Assembly: GCA_039110515.1 (NCBI GenBank)
Contig: JBCCFY010000010.1
Location: forward strand, 50,202 to 114,201
Origin: Pseudomonadota bacterium
Lineage (GTDB): Bacteria > Pseudomonadota > Gammaproteobacteria > Arenicellales > Arenicellaceae
Length of the DNA: 64,000 bases
Direction of reading: 5' to 3'
Below, in pieces: positions 19,578 through 29,634 of this stretch (its first letter is position 1; every line of letters starts with the position of its first letter). Under the pieces are notes generated by a model, which had not been told where the DNA came from, ran no database searches, and worked only from the letters and a program-made list of their open reading frames with translations. The position numbers were made by a program, and so were the translations under genes.

Positions 19578-22500
19578 ATGGCTAATTTTTCAAAGCCAGC
19601 TAATCTGCAAAGTTGGCTGATCAAATCAATCTCGCACGTATTCTTGTTGGTGATGTTCTGCGCGTATAGCGCCGCAGCCTCCGCCGCACCAACCTTCAGC
19701 AAAGCTTTTAGTCCCAGTACCATCGGTATTGGGGGCACTTCACGGCTAACCTTTACTATTACCAACGACGCGACACCGGTCAGCTCCATGGCGTTCGTCG
19801 ACAACTTGCCGGCAAGCGTGATCCTGGCAACGCCAGCTGATCCGAGTAATTCCTGCCAAGGTACGGTAACCGCCCCTAGTGGCGGCACGTCAATTAGCCT
19901 CATCGACGGTCGTTTGGCTGGCAATCAATCCTGTATGGTATCGGTCAACGTTACGAGCTCTACACCGGGCACCCACACAAATGTATCAGGGGACCTAACC
20001 TCATCCGATGGGAACAGCGGCAATGCAACCGCTGATTTAACCGTTGCAACAAACCGACCTGGATTTAGTAAGTCGTTTAGTCCTGCTGCGGTATCGCTCG
20101 GTGATCGCAGCAGCCTGGTCTTTGTCATTGATAACACTGCGAATGGCTCGGCTATTTTTAATGGCCAATTCTCCGACAGCCTGCCGGTGGGCATGGAGGT
20201 TGCGGATCCAAATAATGCATTTACGGATTGTACTGGTGGCATGATCTCGGCCAACCCTGGGAGCACTTCGGTAGTCTTTACACCAACTTTTAATATCGTT
20301 ATGTTGGGCGGGGGAGCAAGCTGCTCGGTGTCGTTAGATGTGGTAACTACCGGTAGCGGAGTATTAGCAAATACCAGTAGCAACTTCACCAGTACGTCAC
20401 TCGGGCCGATTAACGATAGCGGCTTTGGAGTCGCTGAGCTGGCCGTAGATGTCAGTACATTGCAACTGGTTAAGAATTTTCTTGATGACCCGGTAAGCCC
20501 TGGTGGCACAGTGGATTTGAACTTCACAATTACCAACCGTGATCGTCGTAACACTGCTACCAATATATCGTTTACCGATGATCTGGATGGCATTCTAAGT
20601 GGGCTGGTAGCAACCGGCTTGCCTGCGAATGATGTATGTGGAACCGGATCTACTGTCAGTGGCTCCGGCCTAATCACTCTCAGCGGTGGCACGGTTGCTG
20701 CTGGCGCCAGTTGTAGCTTTACGGTAACACTCCAAGTTCCAGGCAATGCTGCAGCCGGTGGTTATACCAACCTCACGAGTGCCGTCACAGGCGATGTGGG
20801 TGGCAGCCCAACTACGGGCAATATGGCCAGCGACACGTTGTTTGTTGATGTTGGTCCCAGTATCAGCAAAACCTTTCAGGAGAATCCAGTCGGAGCCGGT
20901 GATACCGTTACGATGGAATTCACTATTACCAACAATAGTGATACCCAGACCGCAACAGACATTACTTTTACCGATAATATTTCAAACTTTCTCAGTGGAT
21001 CCACGGCGGTTGGTTTACCACAATCGGATGTTTGCGGAGTCGGTTCCACACTTAATCTCTTTTCGCCTAACACTGAAGAGTTTGCTGTTACCCTGATAGG
21101 CGGCAGCCTGGGCTCCAGCGAGTCGTGTACCTTTACGGTAGATGTCGTGGTGCCAGTGGGCACAGGCGGCGGTGTTTACACCAATACTACCGACCAGGTG
21201 AGTGCGACCATCGATGGCACCACACGCTTGGGGAATGAGGCGTCAGCCTCACTGACGGTTGCTGAAACTCCCGAACTGAGGAAAGAATTCACCGATGATC
21301 CAGCCGCGGCGGGTGGTACGGTCACGCTAGAGTTCACTTTGTTTAATCCAGAGACAGCGACCGATGCGGCCAGCTCTATCGCCTTTACCGATGATCTTGA
21401 TGCCGTACTCAGCGGTTTGGTTGCCACTGGATTACCGCAATCGGATGTTTGTGGTGTGGGCTCTTCCATCAGTGGCACTTCAAACTTGAGTTTCACTGGC
21501 GGCAGTCTGGGAATTGGTGAGAGCTGTACCTTCAGCGTTACGCTAGACATACCTGCAGGAGCCACGCCAGGGAACTATAACAATCAAACCAGTGATGTTT
21601 CTGCAGTAGTTGGCGGGCTAAATGTAGTTGGATTAGGTGCAGCAGACACGCTGGTGGTTGCTGGTCTGGATATCAGCAAATCCTTCTCGCAAAGCCCGGT
21701 GATTCCGGGTGGTACGGTGACATTGGAATTCACGCTGACCAATACCAGTTCAACACTCGATGCCACGGGTATTTTCTTCCGTGACAATCTAAGTGGATTC
21801 ATACCCGGTACGACCGTGAGTACGACTCTGCCTCAGGCAGACGTGTGCGGTACCGGTTCCAATCTCAGCATTCCATTTGGTGCAACCTTGCAGCTCGACG
21901 GTGGAAACCTGTTAGCAGGACAATCCTGTACCTTCTCTGTTGACATCGCGACAGGGGCTGGTGCTGAAGACGGTCGTTACACCAATACGACTGAATCACA
22001 GCTTGCCAACTTTGGTAGCGGCAATGTCCCGCTTAATCCTGCGATAGCCGAACTCGAACTCAGCTCTGTATTGCTGGAATTGCAAAAAGCATTTGAAGGT
22101 GATGCCATCTCGTTGGGGACTACCAGTTCAATCGAGTTTACCGTAACAAACCTGAGCGAATCAGAAACGGTCACCGATATCGCCTTCAGTGATGACCTTG
22201 ATGCCAGCCTGGCGGGTATGACTGCGACTGGCCTGCCAGCAAGCGATGTTTGCGGAGTTGGCTCATCACTAGCGGGCAGCAGTGTGATCACGCTTACGGG
22301 TGGTTCATTGGCACCTGGAGGTTCCTGTACCTTCAGTGTCGATATCAGCCTGCCAGCTTCGGCGGAAGGTGTGAACAGCATCGACAATATCACCAGCGAC
22401 GTATCCGGAATGGTTGATGGACTGGCCGTGAGCGGTTCGCCAGCGACAGATAGCGCCATTGTGGTGAGCGTGGATTTCAGCAAAATGTTTGCTAATCCAG

Positions 22501-23966
22501 GCATTGCGGGCGACATGGGTTCGTTGACATTCACCATACAAAATAATGGTGGGGATACCCTGGATCGATTGTTCTTTACCGATGACCTGGAAGCCGTCCT
22601 GAGTGGCCTCGTTGCAACTAACCTGCCTGCCAGTGATGTTTGTGGAACCGGCTCATTGTTAACGGGTACTTCAATCCTCACCTTGACTGGTGGCGTATTA
22701 GGATCGGGCGACTCCTGTCAGTTTACCGTCGATATCGCAATACCTGCGGGCGCAGAAACGGGTGATTATGACAATATCACCAGTCCATTAGGGAACAATC
22801 CGATTTTGGTGGCACCACCAGCTGAAGCTACCTTGTCAGTGTTGGTGCGCTCTGCCGAATTCACCAAGTCATTTGATGGGCCGGTGGATGCAGGTGCATC
22901 GACTAACCTTAACTTCGAGATACAGAATAATGGCAGTGCCGATTTAACCGATCTGTCATTTTCAGATGATCTTGATGCGGTTCTTGCTGGCCTGGTAGCC
23001 AGTGGTTTACCCGCTGCGGATGTTTGCGGCACGGGTTCCAGCCTCGGTGGTACCTCTACCATTACGTTGACTGGTGGTAACCTGACGGCCGGCACTTCCT
23101 GCCAGTTCTCAGTGCAAGTGGACGTGCCGGCGGACAGTGCAGCGGGTGATTATGAAAATACCACCAGTTCCCTTGCTGAAGGCGATGGCTCGGTCGCGGA
23201 ACCTGCGACAGCAACGCTGACAGTAAATGAATCACTGGTTCGTGAAGCTAGCTTTGCAAAATCGTTTGACGCAGCAGTATTGGCCGGTGGCTCAACCAAT
23301 CTGAATTTCACCATTCAGAACACCGGAACAGCGGATCTAACTGACCTGGCATTTACCGATGACCTCGACGGCGCGCTCTCCGGCTTGATAGCCAGTGGTA
23401 CGCCCACCGCGAATGTCTGCGGTGTGGGTTCCAGCCTATCTGGATCCTCCGTGCTGTCACTCACTGGTGGTAACTTGCTAGCCGGTGCCAGCTGTAATTT
23501 CTCTGTGCAAGTGGACGTACCATCTGGTGCGGCAGCGGGTGATTATCAAAATGTCACCAGCGTGTTGACGGACGATGGTGATGCAGTAGCTGAGCCAGCC
23601 AGTGCCACCCTCACGGTCAATCGACCACCACGTGAGAAGGTGCTGATCTGTTTGAAACCAGGCTCTCGCTATCAGCGTGAGGTTTTGGTGCCGCGTCGCC
23701 TGGCCGACTTGTTGATCTATTTCCGGATTGCCATAGAAGGGCCTTGTCCTGAGCTCGACCGCAAGCGTGTGACCATGTGTTACTACTCAAAACGCCATGG
23801 CTACGTCACGATTAAGGTACGTCCTTATCAGGTACGTCGCTTGTTACGCCGTGGTGCGGAGTTAGGTGCTTGTGACGATAAAGGCTCGAAGGGTTCTAAA
23901 GGCTCTAAAGGGTCCAAAGGATCCAAAGGATCTAAAGGGTCAAGGGGTTCTAAAGGCTCTGATTAA
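19578..23966 (+). CDS. Large secreted repeat protein (ten ~130-aa Ig-like DUF11/DUF7933-type repeats), adhesin-like
   Basis: Signal peptide ending AAASA; ten units of the form xxKxF...GGTxxLxFTITN...FxDxL...xCG...SCxFxV; basic C-terminal domain and KGS tail. Confidence 0.85.
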   Translation: MANFSKPANLQSWLIKSISHVFLLVMFCAYSAAASAAPTFSKAFSPSTIGIGGTSRLTFTITNDATPVSSMAFVDNLPASVILATPADPSNSCQGTVTAPSGGTSISLIDGRLAGNQSCMVSVNVTSSTPGTHTNVSGDLTSSDGNSGNATADLTVATNRPGFSKSFSPAAVSLGDRSSLVFVIDNTANGSAIFNGQFSDSLPVGMEVADPNNAFTDCTGGMISANPGSTSVVFTPTFNIVMLGGGASCSVSLDVVTTGSGVLANTSSNFTSTSLGPINDSGFGVAELAVDVSTLQLVKNFLDDPVSPGGTVDLNFTITNRDRRNTATNISFTDDLDGILSGLVATGLPANDVCGTGSTVSGSGLITLSGGTVAAGASCSFTVTLQVPGNAAAGGYTNLTSAVTGDVGGSPTTGNMASDTLFVDVGPSISKTFQENPVGAGDTVTMEFTITNNSDTQTATDITFTDNISNFLSGSTAVGLPQSDVCGVGSTLNLFSPNTEEFAVTLIGGSLGSSESCTFTVDVVVPVGTGGGVYTNTTDQVSATIDGTTRLGNEASASLTVAETPELRKEFTDDPAAAGGTVTLEFTLFNPETATDAASSIAFTDDLDAVLSGLVATGLPQSDVCGVGSSISGTSNLSFTGGSLGIGESCTFSVTLDIPAGATPGNYNNQTSDVSAVVGGLNVVGLGAADTLVVAGLDISKSFSQSPVIPGGTVTLEFTLTNTSSTLDATGIFFRDNLSGFIPGTTVSTTLPQADVCGTGSNLSIPFGATLQLDGGNLLAGQSCTFSVDIATGAGAEDGRYTNTTESQLANFGSGNVPLNPAIAELELSSVLLELQKAFEGDAISLGTTSSIEFTVTNLSESETVTDIAFSDDLDASLAGMTATGLPASDVCGVGSSLAGSSVITLTGGSLAPGGSCTFSVDISLPASAEGVNSIDNITSDVSGMVDGLAVSGSPATDSAIVVSVDFSKMFANPGIAGDMGSLTFTIQNNGGDTLDRLFFTDDLEAVLSGLVATNLPASDVCGTGSLLTGTSILTLTGGVLGSGDSCQFTVDIAIPAGAETGDYDNITSPLGNNPILVAPPAEATLSVLVRSAEFTKSFDGPVDAGASTNLNFEIQNNGSADLTDLSFSDDLDAVLAGLVASGLPAADVCGTGSSLGGTSTITLTGGNLTAGTSCQFSVQVDVPADSAAGDYENTTSSLAEGDGSVAEPATATLTVNESLVREASFAKSFDAAVLAGGSTNLNFTIQNTGTADLTDLAFTDDLDGALSGLIASGTPTANVCGVGSSLSGSSVLSLTGGNLLAGASCNFSVQVDVPSGAAAGDYQNVTSVLTDDGDAVAEPASATLTVNRPPREKVLICLKPGSRYQREVLVPRRLADLLIYFRIAIEGPCPELDRKRVTMCYYSKRHGYVTIKVRPYQVRRLLRRGAELGACDDKGSKGSKGSKGSKGSKGSKGSRGSKGSD
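23880..23960 (+). repeat. Nine tandem 9-bp units encoding (KGS)7-RGS-KGS
   Basis: aaaggctcg aagggttct aaaggctct aaagggtcc aaaggatcc aaaggatct aaagggtca aggggttct aaaggctct, read directly. Confidence 0.97.
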
Positions 23967-24019
23967 TCGAGCCGGAACAAAGATAAGCGCCGAGCCAGGC
24001 GCAATAACCTGACAGACTA

Positions 24020-24051
24020 AACGGTCCTCTTTCGCGAGGGCCGTTTTTTTT
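24020..24051 (+). terminator. Rho-independent terminator after the repeat protein
   Basis: Stem AACGGTCCTC / GAGGGCCGTT (one G-U pair) with a 6-nt loop, followed by a T-run. Confidence 0.88.
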
Positions 24052-24057
24052 GGCCAT

Positions 24058-24066
24058 TGCTATAAT
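24058..24066 (+). promoter_or_regulatory. Extended -10 promoter element
   Basis: TG-C-TATAAT 57 nt upstream of the ATG at 24124. Confidence 0.55.
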
Positions 24067-24123
24067 GAAGCGCGCAATGTTTTAGCCTTCAAACTCATAA
24101 TAAATCTACATTAGGTCATCCTT

Positions 24124-25326
24124 ATGCAACATCGTGTTCAATTTGAAAACCGCAATCAGCACAAGTTATCTGGAATACTGCACACGCCTGATACCACCCA
24201 TACTGTGGCCTATGCTCTGTTTGCACACTGCTTTACTTGCACCAAGAGCATTCATGCTGCCGGCAATATTGTTGATACCTTGGCCAGCCGCGGCATAGCG
24301 ACACTGCGCTTTGATTTCACCGGGCTTGGCGGCAGCAAAGGCGCATTTGAGGACAGTAATTTCTCTACCAACATCGACGACCTGCTGGATGCAGCAAACT
24401 TCCTGGCTGAGGAATACCAGGCACCTCAGTTATTGGTGGGCCATTCCTTAGGCGGCACCGCGATGTTGGCAGCCGCACAGCATATTGACTCAGCCAAGGC
24501 GGTCGCCAGCATTGGGTCGCCAGCCAACCCTGAGCATATCTTGCACTTGTTAACCGAGCACCTAAAGGAGTTAGAAGTCAGCGGTTCCGCTGATGTTGAT
24601 CTAGCAGGTCGGAATTTCACTTTCAAGCAGGAGTTTGTCGACGATGCACGTGCGCATGAGATCGATTATCGCCGCCTGAATAAAGCCTTGATGGTGATGC
24701 ACTCGCCCATTGATGACACGGTATCCATTGACGAAGCGGGCAAGATTTTTGCCAATGCCATGCATCCAAAGAGTTTTGTCAGCCTGGATAAAGCAGATCA
24801 TTTACTTACCAATGCAGGCGACTCGAATTATGTGGGTGAGGTGTTGGCGAGTTGGGCGCAGCGCTATATAGAAGTAGCGCAGATGGCGGAAGACGAGCTG
24901 CCGGAAGGGGTATTGGTAAGCGCGAAAACACGCCAGGGGTTTCTCTGTACCGTGCAGGCCGGCACCCATAAATTGCTGGCGGATGAACCAAAAAGTTTTG
25001 GCGGCAGTGACCTCGGTCCTTCACCCTATGATTATCTCGCCAGCGCGCTTGGTACCTGTACCGCGATGACGTTAAATATGTACGCTCGGCACAAGAAAAT
25101 GCCACTGCAGAATGTTGATGTACTGGTTAAACATCGTCGTATTCATGCGGAAGATTGTGTCGATTGCGAAAAACAGTCTGGCCAGGTGGATGTGCTAAGT
25201 CGCGATATTTCGGTCGAGGGCGATATAACCGAAGAGCAGCGTCAGCGACTATTGCAAATTGCCGATCGTTGCCCGGTTCACAAAACCCTGGAGAATGAGA
25301 TCAGGATAGAATCGCAGCTGGTTTAG
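24124..25326 (+). CDS. Bifunctional alpha/beta-hydrolase / OsmC-family protein
   Basis: AHCFTC, RFDFTGLG and GHSLGG nucleophile elbow; C-terminal ADEP..GG.D.GP.PY and CPVHKTL OsmC motifs. Confidence 0.9.
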   Translation: MQHRVQFENRNQHKLSGILHTPDTTHTVAYALFAHCFTCTKSIHAAGNIVDTLASRGIATLRFDFTGLGGSKGAFEDSNFSTNIDDLLDAANFLAEEYQAPQLLVGHSLGGTAMLAAAQHIDSAKAVASIGSPANPEHILHLLTEHLKELEVSGSADVDLAGRNFTFKQEFVDDARAHEIDYRRLNKALMVMHSPIDDTVSIDEAGKIFANAMHPKSFVSLDKADHLLTNAGDSNYVGEVLASWAQRYIEVAQMAEDELPEGVLVSAKTRQGFLCTVQAGTHKLLADEPKSFGGSDLGPSPYDYLASALGTCTAMTLNMYARHKKMPLQNVDVLVKHRRIHAEDCVDCEKQSGQVDVLSRDISVEGDITEEQRQRLLQIADRCPVHKTLENEIRIESQLV

Positions 25327-25339
25327 CAGCCTTAGACAA

Positions 25340-26239
25340 TTAACCTGCGGGTGCGATAACTTTTGGCGTGACTAGCTTTTCCACCACCGCCCAATCGTAA
25401 AATCGTTCTATCCAGGAATCAGAGGGTAAATTCAATTTCCTCATACCAAAGCCATGACCGCCCTGTGAGTACATGTGCAAGCCCACCACTTTGCCCTTCG
25501 CCAGCCACTCGGAATACAGCTTGATGCTGGCGGGTGCCAGGTTTAATGAATCATCGGAGGCGCACACCACTAACATCGGAGGTGCATCGTCGGGTACCTC
25601 CTTGGTACCGAATACATCGGTCCAGGCATAAACCGGCACAATAAAGTCCGGTCGATTGTCGGCCGTGTAGTTATACGTGACTCCCATGGTTACCGTGCCG
25701 CCGGCGGAAAAACCCATAAAGCCAATCTTGTCAGTTGCGATGCCCCAACGGCTGGCGTTGGTACGAACATAGTCGACGGCCGCCAGGCCATCGCTAATCG
25801 ATAAAGGCAGCACCGGAGTGAGGCGTTCTTCGAGCCGGTATTTCTCGGGCTCTTGCATGGCGAGCGACGCTTCCTGGACTCCGTCTTCACCAGTCGGCAC
25901 TAATCTGTATTTAAGGACGAATGAAGTGATGCCCCTGGCAGCCAGCCATTTTGCGACGTCATAGCCTTCACTATTAATGCTATGCGCGAACAGCGCGCCG
26001 CCCGGTGCGATAATGACTGCCGTGCCGGTATTGGCCTCTTGTTCTGGTCTAAAAACCGTAAGCGTAGGCTCAGAGACATTGGTGACGACCTCGGTTGCCC
26101 AGATGTCCGAGTAATATTGCCTTTCTGCATTCGGCCAGGTTACCTCGGGGTTAGCAGTAAATTTCAACGGTACAACTTCCTGGGCGTGTGCTGCAAAGAT
26201 TGCGGCAAGGTAAATCACAAGTATAAGTATTAACTTCAT
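25340..26239 (-). CDS. Secreted alpha/beta hydrolase (esterase-like)
   Basis: Signal peptide; IIAPGG, GFSAGG and GGHGFG motifs. Confidence 0.85.
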   Translation of the reverse strand: MKLILILVIYLAAIFAAHAQEVVPLKFTANPEVTWPNAERQYYSDIWATEVVTNVSEPTLTVFRPEQEANTGTAVIIAPGGALFAHSINSEGYDVAKWLAARGITSFVLKYRLVPTGEDGVQEASLAMQEPEKYRLEERLTPVLPLSISDGLAAVDYVRTNASRWGIATDKIGFMGFSAGGTVTMGVTYNYTADNRPDFIVPVYAWTDVFGTKEVPDDAPPMLVVCASDDSLNLAPASIKLYSEWLAKGKVVGLHMYSQGGHGFGMRKLNLPSDSWIERFYDWAVVEKLVTPKVIAPAG

Positions 26240-26403
26240 AACTGGGTGTGGGCTGCTTGCTTGGGGCTATTCCGGAATCGTTGCAGAGGAGTATACGTCG
26301 AGATCGGTTTTATTTCCGTCAATCTGAATTGGTTGGGGTGAAGGCAAGCGTGGCTGGCTTTGTTATACTTTTGTCCAGCTAGGGAACAATGGTGAGCGGC
26401 AAC

Positions 26404-27024
26404 ATGAGCAAATTCAAATTGACGTACTTCGATATCCACGCTGGGCGCGGGGAGCCGATTCGAATGGCCGCGGCGCTGGGCGGTATCGATTATGAGGATG
26501 ATCGGATTTCATTTGAAGAGTTCGCCATCATGCGTGCGGTCACCCCCCTGAATGCGGTGCCGACGCTGGAAGTGGATGGCATTGTGTATACCCAATCCAT
26601 CGCCATGTATCGATGGGTGGGCAAACAGGCAGGTCTGTATCCCATGGATGATTGGGAGGCCTTTAAATGTGATGAGATTCTCAGCGCCGTTGACGATGCG
26701 TCGATCGCCACCGGCAAGACCTTTGGCCTGGAAGGAGAAGCCTTAAAAAGCGCTCGTGAGGCGTTGGTTACCGGGCCGTTCACGCGCACCCTGAGATTAT
26801 TGGGTTCACGGCTGCGAGCGTCTGGCGGTGAATATTTTGCTGATAACCGCCTCACAATTGCAGACCTGAAGGCATTCGTCTGGTTGCGCTCGGTTGGCTC
26901 TGGAATACTGGATCACGTTCCTCCCGACTTGATTAAGAATGTGTCGCCCGAACTTGTGGCTTACGCAAAGAATGTCGCTTCCAATCCGGGCGTGGCAGAC
27001 TATCTGAGCAAACTGGATCGTTAA
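26404..27024 (+). CDS. Glutathione S-transferase (sigma-like)
   Basis: LTYFDIHAGRGEPIR, PLNAVPTLEVDG, TQSIA and LTIADL motifs; ATG at 26404 preferred over GTG at 26389. Confidence 0.88.
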   Translation: MSKFKLTYFDIHAGRGEPIRMAAALGGIDYEDDRISFEEFAIMRAVTPLNAVPTLEVDGIVYTQSIAMYRWVGKQAGLYPMDDWEAFKCDEILSAVDDASIATGKTFGLEGEALKSAREALVTGPFTRTLRLLGSRLRASGGEYFADNRLTIADLKAFVWLRSVGSGILDHVPPDLIKNVSPELVAYAKNVASNPGVADYLSKLDR

Positions 27025-27154
27025 TCGATATTTCGGCGCTCGTGGCCACGCTTTACTGACAATTGACTATCAACAAGCAGACGGGCAGTATGGAGCGATA
27101 ACGGTAGCGGATAGCTGTATCTCTGTGCAATTGACTGTAAGAGGAGTGAGATAG

Positions 27155-29569
27155 ATGGAAAGAATAAAAGAGGGGAACACCCGACAACGCAAGGCAGCCA
27201 GTCTTTTCATATTGACCTGTGTTCTCATTCAAGGTACTTCCGCGGAGGAACTTGAGGAGATCACTGTACAAGCACAAAAACGGGATCAATTGGCGGCACA
27301 GGTGCCGATCAGTATGTCGGTGTTGGATAGTGACTACCTGGCGCGCAGTAATTTTGCCACGCTGGAATCGCTCAGTGCGAATCAGCCAGGCCTGGATTTA
27401 TCCAGAAACTCCTCATCCAGCAAAATCTTTATGCGCGGCGTGGGGTCGCAAGGCAATGCTGGCCTGGAACAATCGGTGTCGATTTATGTGGATGAGGTTT
27501 ATCACGGCCGCTCTCGCTCAATTAAGTCTGCGCTGGTGGATATCGAGCAAATCGACATTCTAAAAGGGCCGCAGGGTACCTTTTTTGGTCTTAACTCAAG
27601 CGCGGGGGCCATCGCCATCCGTACACGCGGTGCCGAGTTGAATGCGCAGCAAGGTTTTGCTCAGGCTGTGGTCGGAACAGATGGCGAACTCAGTGGCACC
27701 CTGGCTTACAACTTGCCTTTAAGCGATACCTTCGCCACCCGACTGGTGGCCAACCTTTCGTCTGCCGATGGTTTTTGGACCATGGTGGATCCAAACAGTG
27801 GTGAGAAAACCGGTGAGGGTGGCGGACACGATTCCAGTTTGCTACGGGTATCGTCACTCTGGCAACCATCAGAGACATTTTCCGCAAGTTTTAAAATAGA
27901 AGCGCAAGACATAGAGCGCGACAACCCCTACGCCTGGCAACCTCGTGGTTGTGATGACCTCTATGGCATGGGCTTGAGCACCCAGGCAGACCTGGATTCC
28001 TTCTGGGCGCAAACCGGCTCGCGGCAAAACAGCCCGTTAGCGATTCCGTTCAGTTGTCAAAACGAATTTGCAGATTCCGTGTTTGATGATCGCTCGCCCG
28101 CCAGCCCGTTTAACAGTTCCCAATACGATACCCTAGAAGGAAATCTGCGTCTGGAATGGGATCTAGGTGATTACGACGTGATTGCAACCACAGGCTACTA
28201 TCAAAACGACTTTATGTTTCAAGGCAATGACTTGACGCATGGCGGCCCGGCGCACCGCATCTTTTGGGTGGAGGACAATAGCGACCAGGTATCTCAAGAG
28301 GTACGTTTGAGTAATTACACCAGCGAATCCTTCGGGTGGATGATCGGCGCGTATTTCCACAACAACGAGGTGGACTACCAAACCGGCGATGCCGATGGCA
28401 GAAACCAGCGCAATCTGCAATTTATCCGCACCCAGGCCGAACAAGAAGAAGATACGTTCTCAGCTTATGCGGCCATTGATTGGGCATTGACGGATCAATG
28501 GACAGCGTCCGCAGGTCTGCGTTGGTCACGTACTGAGAAAACCTTCAGCGCCGTTGATGAACAGATTCGCAACAATACGCTGGCCATGTCTGATCGGCAG
28601 GCTTTTGGCCGACAGGTATTAGCAGACCAGGTCGCTGATCCAGCGGCATATGCCAGTTTTGGTCGCCGAACTCGCGGCGCATTTGACGACGAATCACGCA
28701 GCTATAACGAATTGATGCCGAGTGTTGGCTTGCAGTTCCAGCCTGCAGAAAACACCTTGTATTACTACAATTGGCGCCGCGGTTACAAAGCAGGGGGATT
28801 CAACTTCCGCCTTAATGGCCTGGACGACAGCACGCTCACCTATGATTCAGAAGAGGTCTCAGCCCACGAGTTGGGTGTAAAAACCAGCGTGCTGGACGAG
28901 AAGCTGCAGTTAAACGTGGCGGTGTTTGTATCGGACTATAAGGGCCTGCAACAGAACTCGAACCGTGGCGACGATGGCGTCATATCAGCCGCGGTGATTC
29001 GTAATGCGGCTGCGGCCAGCAGTGATGGCTTGGAGCTGGAGGCCATTTGGCAGATTAACGAACGTTGGCAACTTGATGTTTCCGGCGTTTGGTTGGACGC
29101 GAAGTTTGATGACTACCAGGGAGCTGATTGCAGCCGCTTCCAATCGGTGGTGTCACGCACGGATGTGGCCAGCCAGTTTGGCGCCACACGTAATGGCATG
29201 CGTTGTTCGCAAGACCTTAGCGGCAAACGTTTGACCAGCGCCCCGGAACTCACCAGCCGGATAGCACTGAGTCATAACACCAAGGTGGGTAATGATTATG
29301 GATTACGTACCACCGTGGAGTGGTTTTATTCGGATGAGTTTTTTACCTCACCCCACGCCGACGAGACCAGGAAGCAGGATGCTTTTAGTAAATACAACGT
29401 GGTAGTCGATTTGTTCCCCGGGGATCAAGGCTGGTTACTCAGCCTGGTAGGCAGCAACCTGGGTGATGAACTCACCGCGCGCCAACTTGGCCAGGATGGT
29501 GACGCAGCAGTATCAGGCCTGGTCGACGACCCGCGCAGGGTATCACTCCGCTACCAACTTAATTTCTGA
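27155..29569 (+). CDS. TonB-dependent receptor
   Basis: TonB-box-like LEEITVQAQKR, plug motifs FMRGVG and IDILKGPQGTFFG, YKAGGFN, C-terminal YQLNF. Confidence 0.92.
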   Translation: MERIKEGNTRQRKAASLFILTCVLIQGTSAEELEEITVQAQKRDQLAAQVPISMSVLDSDYLARSNFATLESLSANQPGLDLSRNSSSSKIFMRGVGSQGNAGLEQSVSIYVDEVYHGRSRSIKSALVDIEQIDILKGPQGTFFGLNSSAGAIAIRTRGAELNAQQGFAQAVVGTDGELSGTLAYNLPLSDTFATRLVANLSSADGFWTMVDPNSGEKTGEGGGHDSSLLRVSSLWQPSETFSASFKIEAQDIERDNPYAWQPRGCDDLYGMGLSTQADLDSFWAQTGSRQNSPLAIPFSCQNEFADSVFDDRSPASPFNSSQYDTLEGNLRLEWDLGDYDVIATTGYYQNDFMFQGNDLTHGGPAHRIFWVEDNSDQVSQEVRLSNYTSESFGWMIGAYFHNNEVDYQTGDADGRNQRNLQFIRTQAEQEEDTFSAYAAIDWALTDQWTASAGLRWSRTEKTFSAVDEQIRNNTLAMSDRQAFGRQVLADQVADPAAYASFGRRTRGAFDDESRSYNELMPSVGLQFQPAENTLYYYNWRRGYKAGGFNFRLNGLDDSTLTYDSEEVSAHELGVKTSVLDEKLQLNVAVFVSDYKGLQQNSNRGDDGVISAAVIRNAAAASSDGLELEAIWQINERWQLDVSGVWLDAKFDDYQGADCSRFQSVVSRTDVASQFGATRNGMRCSQDLSGKRLTSAPELTSRIALSHNTKVGNDYGLRTTVEWFYSDEFFTSPHADETRKQDAFSKYNVVVDLFPGDQGWLLSLVGSNLGDELTARQLGQDGDAAVSGLVDDPRRVSLRYQLNF

Positions 29570-29634
29570 TAGTTGAGCTATTCGAAGCCCAGTAGATCAG
29601 GCTATCGGGCTCTTTAATTTTAACTAAACCGGGA

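Noticed and set aside
19574-23095. Several long minus-strand ORFs opposite the repeat protein
   Set aside because: Antisense shadows produced by the biased T/S/G/V codon content; no motifs or SD.
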